64,000 bases of DNA from an uncultured Nitrospirota bacterium. GTDB taxonomy: Bacteria; CG2-30-53-67. The DNA lies in NCBI GenBank assembly GCA_945786985.1, contig CALZGC010000131.1, positions 946 through 64,945 of the forward strand, read 5' to 3'. The notes under the pieces were generated by a model. The model did not search any database. It was given only the letters and a program-made list of their open reading frames with translations, and was not told the origin of the DNA. Both the position numbers and the translations under genes were made by a program. This document shows positions 40,189 to 49,291 of this stretch, one piece after another (the stretch's first letter is position 1; the number at the start of each line of letters is the position of its first letter).

Positions 40189-40839
40189 ATGCCCAAGACA
40201 CGCATTCTCGTCGCCGATGACCATGCCTTGGTGCGGGAGGGAGTCTCCGCCCTGCTGCAGTTGCAGGACGACATGGAGGTGGTGGGCGAAGCCTGCGACG
40301 GACGAGACGCAGTCCGGCTAACGGCAAAACTCAAACCGGACATCGTGCTGATGGACATCGCCATGCCGGGGCTGGGGGGTCTCGAAGCCACCACTGAACT
40401 CAGGAAAACCATGCCCGAGATCAGCATCCTCATCCTGAGCCAGTACGACGACCGCGAATACATCAGCAGGCTGCTCAAAGCGGGGGTGTCGGGCTATATA
40501 CTCAAACACGCGGTCGGCACGGACCTGGTATCGGCCATCCGGGCCGTGGCTCGGGGGGAGTTTTATCTCTACTCCGGTATCGCCTCATCCGTAATCGACG
40601 GCTTTCTCGACAGGAAACAGGCCTTTGCCGAGGACCCCTATGACAAGCTCACGGACCGGGAGAAACAGGTCCTCAAACTGATTGCCGAGGGAAACACCCA
40701 TAAGGAGATTGCCGAACTTCTCAACATCAGCACCAAGACCGTCATCGCCCATCAGACCCATCTTTCGGAGAAACTGGATATCCATTCCCGAGCGGAGCTC
40801 ATCAAGTTTGCCATTCGGAGAGGCATCATCAAAATCTGA
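40189..40839 (+). CDS. NarL/LuxR-family response regulator (REC + LuxR HTH)
   Basis: RILVADDHALVREG...D..MPGLGG REC domain and a C-terminal GNTHKEIAELLNISTKTV HTH. 216 aa. Confidence 0.85.
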   Translation: MPKTRILVADDHALVREGVSALLQLQDDMEVVGEACDGRDAVRLTAKLKPDIVLMDIAMPGLGGLEATTELRKTMPEISILILSQYDDREYISRLLKAGVSGYILKHAVGTDLVSAIRAVARGEFYLYSGIASSVIDGFLDRKQAFAEDPYDKLTDREKQVLKLIAEGNTHKEIAELLNISTKTVIAHQTHLSEKLDIHSRAELIKFAIRRGIIKI

Positions 40840-40840
40840 G

Positions 40841-41836
40841 ATGAATCTTTTTGACTTCCTGAACTCCTACGCCGGGATGTATCTCGTGCAGTCTTTCGTG
40901 CATTCGCTAATCACCGCCATCGTGGTGGACCGGGCGATCAATGCCTGGCGAATCGTGAACCCCCTCGTGATTCAACGCTTCCGGCTGCTGGTCATCCTGC
41001 TGCCGGTTCTCTCCTTTCCCCTCTTCCAGTGGATGCATCCCGAGCGCGGCGCCGTCGACTTTCGGCTTCGCGCACTCTTTGACAGCGCCCGATGGCTCAA
41101 TCTGGAGCTCTTCGGCGCGCTCTCGGTGCACCTACTCTTCGTGGGCTTGCTGCTCATTGCGGGCCTCGTCTTCCTCGTGCAGGAGCTGATCCCCTTGGTG
41201 CGACACACCTTTCTCTCGAAAAGATCTGCGGTTCCTCGAACCCCAGCCGACGAGCACGCACATGTGGCCCGAGCGCTGGAGGATCTTCCCGGGGAAAAGC
41301 CGGCGGTTTATCTCATGGACGATGATGCCTTCACGGTTCTTTCAACCACGGGAAGTGACTCGGCTATTTTTCTCTCCACGGGACTCCTGGAGGTCCTGAG
41401 CCCCTCACAGCTCCAGGCCGCCATCGCCCATGAGATGGCCCACATTCAACGGAGCAAGAGACCTCTGCTGGTAATCGTCTACCTTTTCCGCATACTCATG
41501 TTTCTCAACCCTGTTGTCCTGCTGGAATTTCGCAGAATCGCGCAGGAAGAGGAGAATATCTGTGACGACATGGCCGTATCCATGACCCGGAATCCCCGGG
41601 CTCTGGCGGATACCCTTCGGAATGTCTACGGGACCCAGCGGGATCCCGCGCCGGCGGGGCGCGGGAAACTGGCGGCCGTTAACGAGGCCCTGGAAGACTA
41701 CAGCCATCGGCTGCTGATCGAAAAAAGGATCAATCGGCTGACGGAAGCACGGAGCGACGGGGCACCGAAACGGGGTCGACTGGGCTGGGTGCTCACGGCT
41801 GCGGCCGTCTCGGTGATCAACTATTTTGTGGTTTGA
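40841..41836 (+). CDS. M56-family (BlaR1-like) membrane metallopeptidase
   Basis: Four N-terminal TM helices, the HEXXH motif AIAHEMAHIQR, and a C-terminal TM. The ATG lies 1 nt after the response-regulator TGA. 331 aa, with no large extracellular sensor domain. Confidence 0.7.
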   Translation: MNLFDFLNSYAGMYLVQSFVHSLITAIVVDRAINAWRIVNPLVIQRFRLLVILLPVLSFPLFQWMHPERGAVDFRLRALFDSARWLNLELFGALSVHLLFVGLLLIAGLVFLVQELIPLVRHTFLSKRSAVPRTPADEHAHVARALEDLPGEKPAVYLMDDDAFTVLSTTGSDSAIFLSTGLLEVLSPSQLQAAIAHEMAHIQRSKRPLLVIVYLFRILMFLNPVVLLEFRRIAQEEENICDDMAVSMTRNPRALADTLRNVYGTQRDPAPAGRGKLAAVNEALEDYSHRLLIEKRINRLTEARSDGAPKRGRLGWVLTAAAVSVINYFVV

Positions 41837-41855
41837 AGGAACCGGGGAACAACCG

Positions 41856-42383
41856 ATGCGAGATGCACTGCGAGGTCTCCTCTCTTTTGCCGCCATTTTG
41901 CTGGTTCTGCTGGCCGCCCTGAAGCTGCTCAACTGGGCGCCCACCGTGTTGGACCCGGGGGGCCTGCGGGAATATCCCAACGTCCCCGCGGTCAGGGCCG
42001 CGCTGCAGGTGCAGGACCTGCTGGTCCCGTCCTATTTTCCCGAACAGGTCCGCTGGCCTCCTCGCCGCATCCTTGCCCAGAGCAAACCCTACCCGGCCAT
42101 GGCCGTGACCTATGACGGGACGCACCAGGAGGAGACTGTCCTGCACACCACCCAGGCGGCGTCGGCCGAGTTTGCCCCCGAAACGGGGATTGCGCCCACC
42201 ACCCTGCGTGAAACCGTGCCCTACGACCTCAATGGCCGAGAAGCGATTCTGGAAGTGGGTGTGTGCAGCAACGGAGCGCCTTGCAGCCGCCTCACGTGGC
42301 AGCAGGATCGATACTGGATCAAAGTCGAGATGGTCTCGTCCCCGTTCGAGTTGATCAAGATCGCGCAAAGCATGCGTCCGTGA
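41856..42383 (+). CDS. Hypothetical signal-anchored periplasmic protein
   Basis: MRDALRGLLSFAAILLVLLAALKLL N-terminal anchor. 175 aa. Follows the M56 gene with a 19-bp gap. Confidence 0.4.
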   Translation: MRDALRGLLSFAAILLVLLAALKLLNWAPTVLDPGGLREYPNVPAVRAALQVQDLLVPSYFPEQVRWPPRRILAQSKPYPAMAVTYDGTHQEETVLHTTQAASAEFAPETGIAPTTLRETVPYDLNGREAILEVGVCSNGAPCSRLTWQQDRYWIKVEMVSSPFELIKIAQSMRP

Positions 42384-42655
42384 CATCGCCCCGGTGCGCA
42401 CACCCGTGCCCGCCACAGCCCATGGCAAGGAACCTCCAGGTACCCCTTCCCGGTTGACGCTGCCGCACAAAGGTGTCGTTTATTTGTATCAAGAACTGTA
42501 GAAGTGTTCGTGAATTAGAACAGATTCTCTCCTCGAAACACACTTTACATCGCGCCTAAGACAAAAATCACCTCAAAATAGGAACTTCTTCCAATTGTTG
42601 GGACCGCTCGTCTTCGATATAAATCAAACATAACATGGGAAAGGAGGTGAGCTTG

Positions 42656-43048
42656 ATGTTTAGATACAAAGGAGGCGATTGGGTAACAGAAGGCACGTAT
42701 TGGAACCTGGTCTCAGGAAGGCGGGTCGATGCCACGGGGGAGGGGTTGGCGCTTCCGGGCGCACGGAACCTCGTTTACCTTCGCATGCCCGCCGGCGTGA
42801 TGCTGCTGTCCGGCCCGCTGTTCGGGTTGTTGTACATCGTTTTTTTCCCAATGATCGGCATCGCCGCATTGAGCTTTTTCACGGTACGGGGGATTTTCAG
42901 AGGGGCCTTTGGCCTGTTGTCCAGGGCCATGTACTTTGAGTGGCGACCGGCCGAGGCCTATTTGGCCGGAAGAAAAAGGCGGTCCAAGAAACAGAAACAA
43001 GAGCAAGGGGACGGTTCGAAGCAGAAGGACAGCGAAGCGCAATCTTAA
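42656..43048 (+). CDS. Small two-TM membrane protein with basic C-terminal tail (paralog A)
   Basis: 130 aa. RBS AGGAGGTGA. Shares with the next gene a conserved hairpin-like hydrophobic core and the motif F(E/D)WRPxEAYLAG(R/K)K followed by a Lys/Glu-rich tail. Confidence 0.45.
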   Translation: MFRYKGGDWVTEGTYWNLVSGRRVDATGEGLALPGARNLVYLRMPAGVMLLSGPLFGLLYIVFFPMIGIAALSFFTVRGIFRGAFGLLSRAMYFEWRPAEAYLAGRKRRSKKQKQEQGDGSKQKDSEAQS

Positions 43049-43106
43049 GTTTTCCATGATCCCGGCGGGGTGCCCTGCACCCCCCATTTGAAGAGGAGGA
43101 GAAACC

Positions 43107-43532
43107 ATGAATACCTATTTCGATTTCATCACACATGTCAAGGGGATTGAGTACCTCGTCGCCATCGGTTCCATTGTCGGATTCATCGTGCTCTGGGAGG
43201 TCCTGAAGCCCAAGCCCTTCTCCAAAATGGTGCACTCGGCCAAAGAGGATCTGACCTATATGAAAGCAGGCGGTTCCAGGCAGGCCCTCCGAAACGTGGG
43301 CAAACTGGTGAGTGCTCCCTTCATCGGACTGGCTTATGTGATCAGTCTACCCATTGCCTTTATGGGTGCCCTGCTTTTCGCCACCGTCAACGGCCTGATG
43401 AACTACGTCGGCCGGACCACCTCCTTCGATTGGCGGCCCATGGAAGCATACCTGGCCGGCAAAAAACACAAGAAGACAGAAGCCCGTGGAGAGGAAGAAA
43501 AGCCTGCGCCCAAGAAGACCGAGCAGGACTAG
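43107..43532 (+). CDS. Small two-TM membrane protein with basic C-terminal tail (paralog B)
   Basis: 141 aa. RBS GAGGAGGAGAAACC. Shares ...SFDWRPMEAYLAGKKHKK... with paralog A. Confidence 0.5.
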   Translation: MNTYFDFITHVKGIEYLVAIGSIVGFIVLWEVLKPKPFSKMVHSAKEDLTYMKAGGSRQALRNVGKLVSAPFIGLAYVISLPIAFMGALLFATVNGLMNYVGRTTSFDWRPMEAYLAGKKHKKTEARGEEEKPAPKKTEQD

Positions 43533-43570
43533 CCGTCATCCACACCCGATCAAAGAGGAGGTCATATCCC

Positions 43571-44044
43571 ATGGAAGCCACAAGAGCAATCCCCATTTTG
43601 ATTTGCGCCACCTTGCTGACGGCGGCCTTTGCTTCCTGGCTTTACGCCGGGGACACCGGCCCCGTGCCCCAACCGGGCGTAGTGACTCTGGACAGCCTGA
43701 GCGATCAGTACGAACCGGTGACCTTCGATCATGAGATGCACGTCATGGTCGCGGAGGAGTGCGCCCAATGCCACCATCAGCACGGAAGCCGGGTAACCCG
43801 GTCCTGCGGGGACTGTCACACCCTCAATTCGGAGGCCTTTAGACGCACAGCAGTCAACACGTTCACGCCTTGCCAGGACTGCCACGGCGAATACGATCCC
43901 GATACGCCGCAGATGCCGGGCCTCAAGGGAGCCTACCACCGCACCTGTTTCGCATGTCATCGCGGGATGGGGCAAGTCGGTCTGGACCCGACGGGTTGCA
44001 CCCAAATGTGCCACGCGAAGAGAGACCGGATGGCCGGAAAATGA
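43571..44044 (+). CDS. Periplasmic tetrahaem cytochrome c3-family protein
   Basis: Signal peptide, then four CxxCH (CAQCH, CGDCH, CQDCH, CFACH) plus one CxxxCH (CTQMCH). The VTFDHEMH context resembles c3 haem-1 regions. RBS AAAGAGGAGG. Confidence 0.75.
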   Translation: MEATRAIPILICATLLTAAFASWLYAGDTGPVPQPGVVTLDSLSDQYEPVTFDHEMHVMVAEECAQCHHQHGSRVTRSCGDCHTLNSEAFRRTAVNTFTPCQDCHGEYDPDTPQMPGLKGAYHRTCFACHRGMGQVGLDPTGCTQMCHAKRDRMAGK

Positions 44045-44101
44045 CGCGCAGAGTCCGCGGCCCCGCAAAGGCTGCGGTGTTTGCTGAAAGGAGGTTTCGC
44101 A

Positions 44102-45112
44102 ATGACACAGGAGAGACAAGAGAAGGGGGCCGGCGGCCTGCAGCACGGGGGGCGCCGTTCCGACAGCACGGATCAACCCCATGGACCGTGCGGCATCAAC
44201 CGCAGAGGCTTTCTCGGCGTCATGGGAGCGGTGAGCGGGTCGGCCCTGCTGGCCAGCGCCGCAGAGGTTCATGCATACAAGCAGTTCGAAGGATGGCCCG
44301 ATCGCTACGGCATGCTGTCCGACCTGACAGCCTGTGTGGGCTGCCGCAGCTGTGAACGGGCCTGCAACGAGGCCAACGGCCTGCCCAAACCGAAAAAGTC
44401 CTTTGACGACGGATCGGTTTTTGCCGAACTGCGGCGGACCGATGATAAAACTTACACCGTGGTCAATCGCTATGAAAACCCCGGGGACCCCGGGACGCCC
44501 GTCTATCGCAAGGTCCAGTGCATGCACTGCAACGAGCCGGCCTGCGCCACGGCCTGCCCTATCCATGCCTACTCCAAAACTCCCGAAGGGGCCGTCATGT
44601 ACGATCCGGACAAGTGTTTTGGTTGCCGGTACTGCATGGTGGCCTGCCCCTTCGGCATTCCGACCTATGACTACGAGAGTGCCTTTCAGCCCCGGATCTA
44701 CAAGTGCGTGCTGTGCTATGACCGCCTCAAGGTCGGCCAGATACCGGCCTGCGCCCAGGGTTGCCCGACGGAGGCCATTACCTTCGGGAAACGGTCCGAC
44801 CTGCTCCGACTCGCGCGAGAGAGGATCCTGGAACACCCGGATCGCTACATCGACCATATCTACGGAGAGCATGAAGCCGGGGGCACCAGCTGGCTCTATC
44901 TGTCGTCGGTCCCCTTCGGCCAACTCGATTTTCCCACCAACCTGCCGGACAGGCCGCTGGTGGAAGAGACCAAGGGATTTCTCTCCTCGGTGCCGGTGGT
45001 GTTTACCGTCTGGCCGGCCCTCTTCGGGATGATCTACGCGTCGGTTCGCCACCGCGATGCCTTGCAGGAAGAGCTGAAACAAGAGCAGGAAAAAGAGGAG
45101 GAGAGACAATGA
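44102..45112 (+). CDS. Tat-exported 4Fe-4S ferredoxin-type subunit (HmcB/DsrO/NrfC/PsrB-like)
   Basis: Twin-arginine motif RRGFLGVMGAVSG. Four Cys clusters (CVGCRSCERAC, CMHCNEPACATACP, CFGCRYCMVACP, CVLCYDRL..C..CP). RBS AAAGGAGG. Confidence 0.8.
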   Translation: MTQERQEKGAGGLQHGGRRSDSTDQPHGPCGINRRGFLGVMGAVSGSALLASAAEVHAYKQFEGWPDRYGMLSDLTACVGCRSCERACNEANGLPKPKKSFDDGSVFAELRRTDDKTYTVVNRYENPGDPGTPVYRKVQCMHCNEPACATACPIHAYSKTPEGAVMYDPDKCFGCRYCMVACPFGIPTYDYESAFQPRIYKCVLCYDRLKVGQIPACAQGCPTEAITFGKRSDLLRLARERILEHPDRYIDHIYGEHEAGGTSWLYLSSVPFGQLDFPTNLPDRPLVEETKGFLSSVPVVFTVWPALFGMIYASVRHRDALQEELKQEQEKEEERQ

Positions 45113-46347
45113 ACCATCATGAGACCGCTGTGAAAACTGATAACTTTCGGGCATGGTTCATGGACAAGCTGCTGATGGGGATGGACTGGCCGGACTATAT
45201 GCGACAGCTGATCACGCCGTTTAACATCATCGCCGCCATCATTCTCAGCATCGGTCTGCCGCTGATAGCCATCCGCTTCATCTACGGCCTGGCCTCGGTG
45301 ACGCACGCATCACAGGATTATCCCTGGGGGATCTTTCTCGGCTGGGGGCTCTTCGGGGGCGTGCCCCTCTCGGCCACAGGCTTTGTGTTGGCCACGGCCT
45401 ACTACATCTTCGGGTTCAAGAAGTACAAACCGCTGGTGCGGCTGGCCGTGCTCGCGGGTTTTCTGGGGTACCTCTTCGCCGTGATCTATCTGCTCTGCGA
45501 TCTGGGGCGGCCCTGGCGGATTTACTACCCCATGATCATCGGGTTCGGGACAGCCTCGGTCCTCTTTCTCGTGGCCTGGCATGTGGCCACCTATCTGACC
45601 GTGCAGTTCCTTGAGTTCAGCCCGGCCATCCTGGAGTGGCTCCAGTCCAAACGTATTCGCAAATGGGCCTTGAGTATCACCATTGCCATGACTATCGCCG
45701 GGATCATTCTCTCAACCCTGCACCAGTCGGCGCTGGGGGCCATGTTCCTTCTGGCGCCGGGGAAGATGCACCCGCTCTGGTATTCGTCCTATCTGCCGGT
45801 CCTCTTCCTCTGCTCGAGCATCTATGCGGCGCTGAGCATGGTCATTGTGGTGAGCACCCTGGCTGCCCGCTTCCTGAAAAAGGCCGCGGACCAGACGTTC
45901 CTGAGCAACCTGAATCCACTGACCTTGGGCCTGGGCAGGGGCGCCTCCCTGACGATGTACGTCTATTTCGTGCTTAAACTCATCAGCGTTGCCCACGATA
46001 ACAATTGGGCCCTGTTGGCAACGCCCTATGGCCAGTGGTTTCTCCTGGAGATCGTCGGCTTTGTGCTGCTGCCGGCCCTGATCCTGAGCCTCGGAGTCAA
46101 GACGGGCCGTGTCGGAATCGTCCGACTGGGAGCCTTCGCCGGTGCGCTCGGCATCGTGGTGAACCGTATCAACGTCTCCATGGTGGCACTCAATTGGAAC
46201 TTGCCGGACCATCTGCATCACATCGTTCCGCCCTGGCAGGAAGTCGCCATTGTCCTCGCCATCGCGACGATCCACGTTCTCGTCTTTCGCTGGATCCTGA
46301 TGCGCATGCCGGTGATTCGAGAGGCACCGGAGTACACGGACCATTAG
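45109..46347 (+). CDS. NrfD/PsrC/HmcC-family polytopic membrane quinone-interacting subunit
   Basis: 412 aa, about 10 TM helices, NrfD-like pattern. Its ATG overlaps the upstream TGA (ATGA coupling). Confidence 0.8.
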   Translation: MNHHETAVKTDNFRAWFMDKLLMGMDWPDYMRQLITPFNIIAAIILSIGLPLIAIRFIYGLASVTHASQDYPWGIFLGWGLFGGVPLSATGFVLATAYYIFGFKKYKPLVRLAVLAGFLGYLFAVIYLLCDLGRPWRIYYPMIIGFGTASVLFLVAWHVATYLTVQFLEFSPAILEWLQSKRIRKWALSITIAMTIAGIILSTLHQSALGAMFLLAPGKMHPLWYSSYLPVLFLCSSIYAALSMVIVVSTLAARFLKKAADQTFLSNLNPLTLGLGRGASLTMYVYFVLKLISVAHDNNWALLATPYGQWFLLEIVGFVLLPALILSLGVKTGRVGIVRLGAFAGALGIVVNRINVSMVALNWNLPDHLHHIVPPWQEVAIVLAIATIHVLVFRWILMRMPVIREAPEYTDH

Positions 46348-46520
46348 CAAGCCCCCAACCCGCGGCCCGGTTGTGCACCACCGATTGGGGTCATTGTGCA
46401 CCGGACCGCGGGGAACCCCGTCGCCCCAAGGGGTTGCATTGCGGCCCCCGGTGCGGCGGGAGAGAGCAGCGGGCCGATAAACGGCTCGAGACAACGTGAG
46501 CGGATCAAGGGGAGGGCGCC

Positions 46521-47966
46521 ATGCACGGACGAAAACAACTGATCGGGTGGCTCACCGCCTGCCTAATTCTCATCCAGCCTGCGATTACGCAAGCCACAGT
46601 CCCCGCAAGCCCCACGTCCGAAACCCAGAATTGCCTGGTCTGCCATGGCCGCGAACCGGCCGAAAAAGGCGGCATAGGCGAGGAACCGAGGGCGCCCTAC
46701 GTCGATATGGCCGCCCTGAAGACGTCCGCGCATCCCAACACCGCCTGCTCCGAATGCCACCGGGAGTTCGCATCGGGTAAACACCCGGACCCACGCTTTC
46801 GGGATGCACAGCAGCGGAAACTCCGGTATGCGTTGAAGTGCAGAGAATGCCATTCGGACGCGGAGATCACGCTGAAACCGATCCATGCCCGTCTGCTGGA
46901 GAACGCGCAGGAGGGGGATGCCCCCGTGTGTACCGACTGCCACGGCGCCCACAATGTCACTCCCATCTCGGGGGGGAAGGTCCTGCAGAGTGAGCGGCGT
47001 TACTGCCAGGGGTGTCATGAGCACCCCGTCACCACGGACCTCCGAAGCGGCGAGACTCTGATGCTGCAAACCGACTTAACGGTACTGGACGGGTCCGAGC
47101 ACCACATGCTCAGCTGCTCAGACTGCCATTTCGGCTTCTCCTCCCAGGAGCATCCGCAGCGCAATTTCCGAACATTGCGGGATTACGCGATCGCCTCCTC
47201 GGACAGCTGCAAGCGCTGCCACTTTGACAAACATACCCGCACGCTGGAGAGCATTCATTATGCCATCCTGAACCAAGGAAACCAGAGCGCGCCGGTCTGT
47301 ACCGACTGCCACGGCGCCCACGGGATTGCGGCCGTCGGCAAGGATCGCGCCTTTAGTGCGACACGCTGCAAGCAATGCCACGCGGCGGTTTATGAAACCT
47401 ACGCCCACAGCGTACACGGCAACGCCCTGATCAACGAGCGCAACCAGGACGTGCCGGTCTGCATCGACTGCCACCGGGCGCACGACATCGTCAATCCCCT
47501 GACCCTGGAATTTCACGACGGCATTCCCGACACTTGCGCCAACTGCCATTCCAACAAACGGATCATGGGCAAATACGGTCTTTCCACCGACGTGGTCAAG
47601 ACCTATCTCTCAGATTTCCACGGGGTCACCCTGAATTTCTACAGAAAACAGAAAGAAGCCCTTCTCAAACCCGGACGGCCCATCGCCGTCTGCACCGATT
47701 GCCACGGTACCCATGATATTGCCGGCGACGCCGATACGGATCCCCTGATTGTCAAGGGGCGCTTGCTGAAACGGTGTCAGAAGTGCCACCCCGATGCCAC
47801 AGAGAATTTCTCCGATGCCTGGCTGTCCCACTATGAGCCGACCCTGGAGAAGGCGCCGATCGTCTATCTGGTGAATCTGAGCTACAGGATTTTCCTGCCG
47901 GTGATGGTGGTGGGCCTGATCCTGCAGATACTGCTGCACATCTGGCGGTATGCGGTCAACCGCTGA
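46521..47966 (+). CDS. Multihaem cytochrome c (13 CxxCH motifs) with C-terminal membrane anchor
   Basis: Signal peptide. 13 CxxCH motifs including three CTDCHGxH repeats. C-terminal TM IFLPVMVVGLILQILLHIW. Confidence 0.85.
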   Translation: MHGRKQLIGWLTACLILIQPAITQATVPASPTSETQNCLVCHGREPAEKGGIGEEPRAPYVDMAALKTSAHPNTACSECHREFASGKHPDPRFRDAQQRKLRYALKCRECHSDAEITLKPIHARLLENAQEGDAPVCTDCHGAHNVTPISGGKVLQSERRYCQGCHEHPVTTDLRSGETLMLQTDLTVLDGSEHHMLSCSDCHFGFSSQEHPQRNFRTLRDYAIASSDSCKRCHFDKHTRTLESIHYAILNQGNQSAPVCTDCHGAHGIAAVGKDRAFSATRCKQCHAAVYETYAHSVHGNALINERNQDVPVCIDCHRAHDIVNPLTLEFHDGIPDTCANCHSNKRIMGKYGLSTDVVKTYLSDFHGVTLNFYRKQKEALLKPGRPIAVCTDCHGTHDIAGDADTDPLIVKGRLLKRCQKCHPDATENFSDAWLSHYEPTLEKAPIVYLVNLSYRIFLPVMVVGLILQILLHIWRYAVNR

Positions 47967-48003
47967 CCGCGCTCCTCAAGCGCGTGCAGCAACGGAGGCT
48001 ACT

Positions 48004-48762
48004 ATGAAGAACCGCAAAATAAACGGTGGAATGATCCGCCGCTTCAGCCCCCTGCGACTGGCCGAGCACTGGGTGAACGCAGGCGCCATCGCCGTTCTCG
48101 TGCTGACCGGGCTCGCACAGAAGTTCCACACCCTGGAGGCGTCCCAGTGGTTTGTGCTGCACCTGGGCGGCATCGATACGGTCCGCCTCATCCACCACAC
48201 GGCAGGCGTCGTGGTGATCCTGCTGACCCTGCAGCATATCTTGGCTACCTCCTTCCTGGTCGTCTTGCGAAAGGGGCAGCCCGGCATGTTGATCAACAAG
48301 AAGGATGTGGCCGATACGCTGGAAAACCTGCGGTACTACTTTGGACTGCGGCAGAGCCCGGCCCTCTGCGACCGATACGATTACAAGCAGAAGTTTGAGT
48401 ACTGGACGATCCTGACGGGCCAGATCCTGATGACCGTCTCCGGCCTCATTCTCTGGTTTCCGACGGTTGCGGCTCGCTTCCTGCCGGGCGAATTCATTCC
48501 GGCCGCCAAGGCGCTGCACACCAATGAAGCCCTGCTCATTTTCCTCCTCATCGCCGTCTGGCATATCTACAATGCCATCTTCAGCCCCGACGTCTTCCCC
48601 CTGGACACGAGCATCTTCACCGGTCGCATCTCACGGGAGCGGATGGTCCACGAACACCCCCTGGAGTTGGGAAGAATGGAGGGAATCCCTCTGGAGGCCG
48701 TTCTGAAAGAAAGACGGGAGGAGATGCACCTTCTGGACGCGGAGAGCCCCCTGCTGCACTAA
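48004..48762 (+). CDS. Di-haem cytochrome b membrane subunit (FdnI / NiFe-hydrogenase CybH-like)
   Basis: Four TM helices with conserved His (..AEHWVNAG.., ..LIHHTAG.., ..ALHTNEA.., ..WHIYN..). RBS ACGGAGG. Confidence 0.65.
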   Translation: MKNRKINGGMIRRFSPLRLAEHWVNAGAIAVLVLTGLAQKFHTLEASQWFVLHLGGIDTVRLIHHTAGVVVILLTLQHILATSFLVVLRKGQPGMLINKKDVADTLENLRYYFGLRQSPALCDRYDYKQKFEYWTILTGQILMTVSGLILWFPTVAARFLPGEFIPAAKALHTNEALLIFLLIAVWHIYNAIFSPDVFPLDTSIFTGRISRERMVHEHPLELGRMEGIPLEAVLKERREEMHLLDAESPLLH

Positions 48763-48820
48763 CCGGCCAAAACGCGCGCACGTTTCCGCTCTTTGGCCCC
48801 CGCGTAATGCACAATTCGAC

Positions 48821-49291
48821 TCAGGCGGCCTGCACGGAGAACTTCAGGATCTTCGGCTGCACGAGCCGTTCGAAATCCCTGTAGGACACCCGGATCAGCT
48901 CGATGTGCGACCCCGCGTTGAAGGCGATCTTCTCGTCCTGTGTGAGGCTCTCCGCAACATAGACGCCCAGGCCGTAAAGGTTGCCGAAGGGGGGCATGGC
49001 CCCGATATCGCACCCCGGGAACAAGTCCTGAAATTCCTGCTCTCCGGCCAGTTTGGCCTCCGCAACGCCGGCCGCTTCCTTCAGGAGACGGAAATCGACC
49101 TTGTAAGATGCCGGAAGCACGGTCATGGCGAGCTTGCCGTCGAGCTTCACCATCACGGTCTTCGCCAATTCCCGTCCCGGGATGTGGGCGGCGGCGGCAA
49201 TTTCCTGGGTGGTGAAGGCCTCCGAATGATGAATGACTTCATAGGAAACCCGTTCCCGGTCCAGATAGTCCTTTAGTTTTTTTGCGGGCAT
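48821..49291 (-). CDS. YbaK/ProX-like aminoacyl-tRNA deacylase family protein
   Basis: 156 aa; size and overall sequence pattern consistent with the YbaK/EbsC domain. Tentative. Confidence 0.45.
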   Translation of the reverse strand: MPAKKLKDYLDRERVSYEVIHHSEAFTTQEIAAAAHIPGRELAKTVMVKLDGKLAMTVLPASYKVDFRLLKEAAGVAEAKLAGEQEFQDLFPGCDIGAMPPFGNLYGLGVYVAESLTQDEKIAFNAGSHIELIRVSYRDFERLVQPKILKFSVQAA

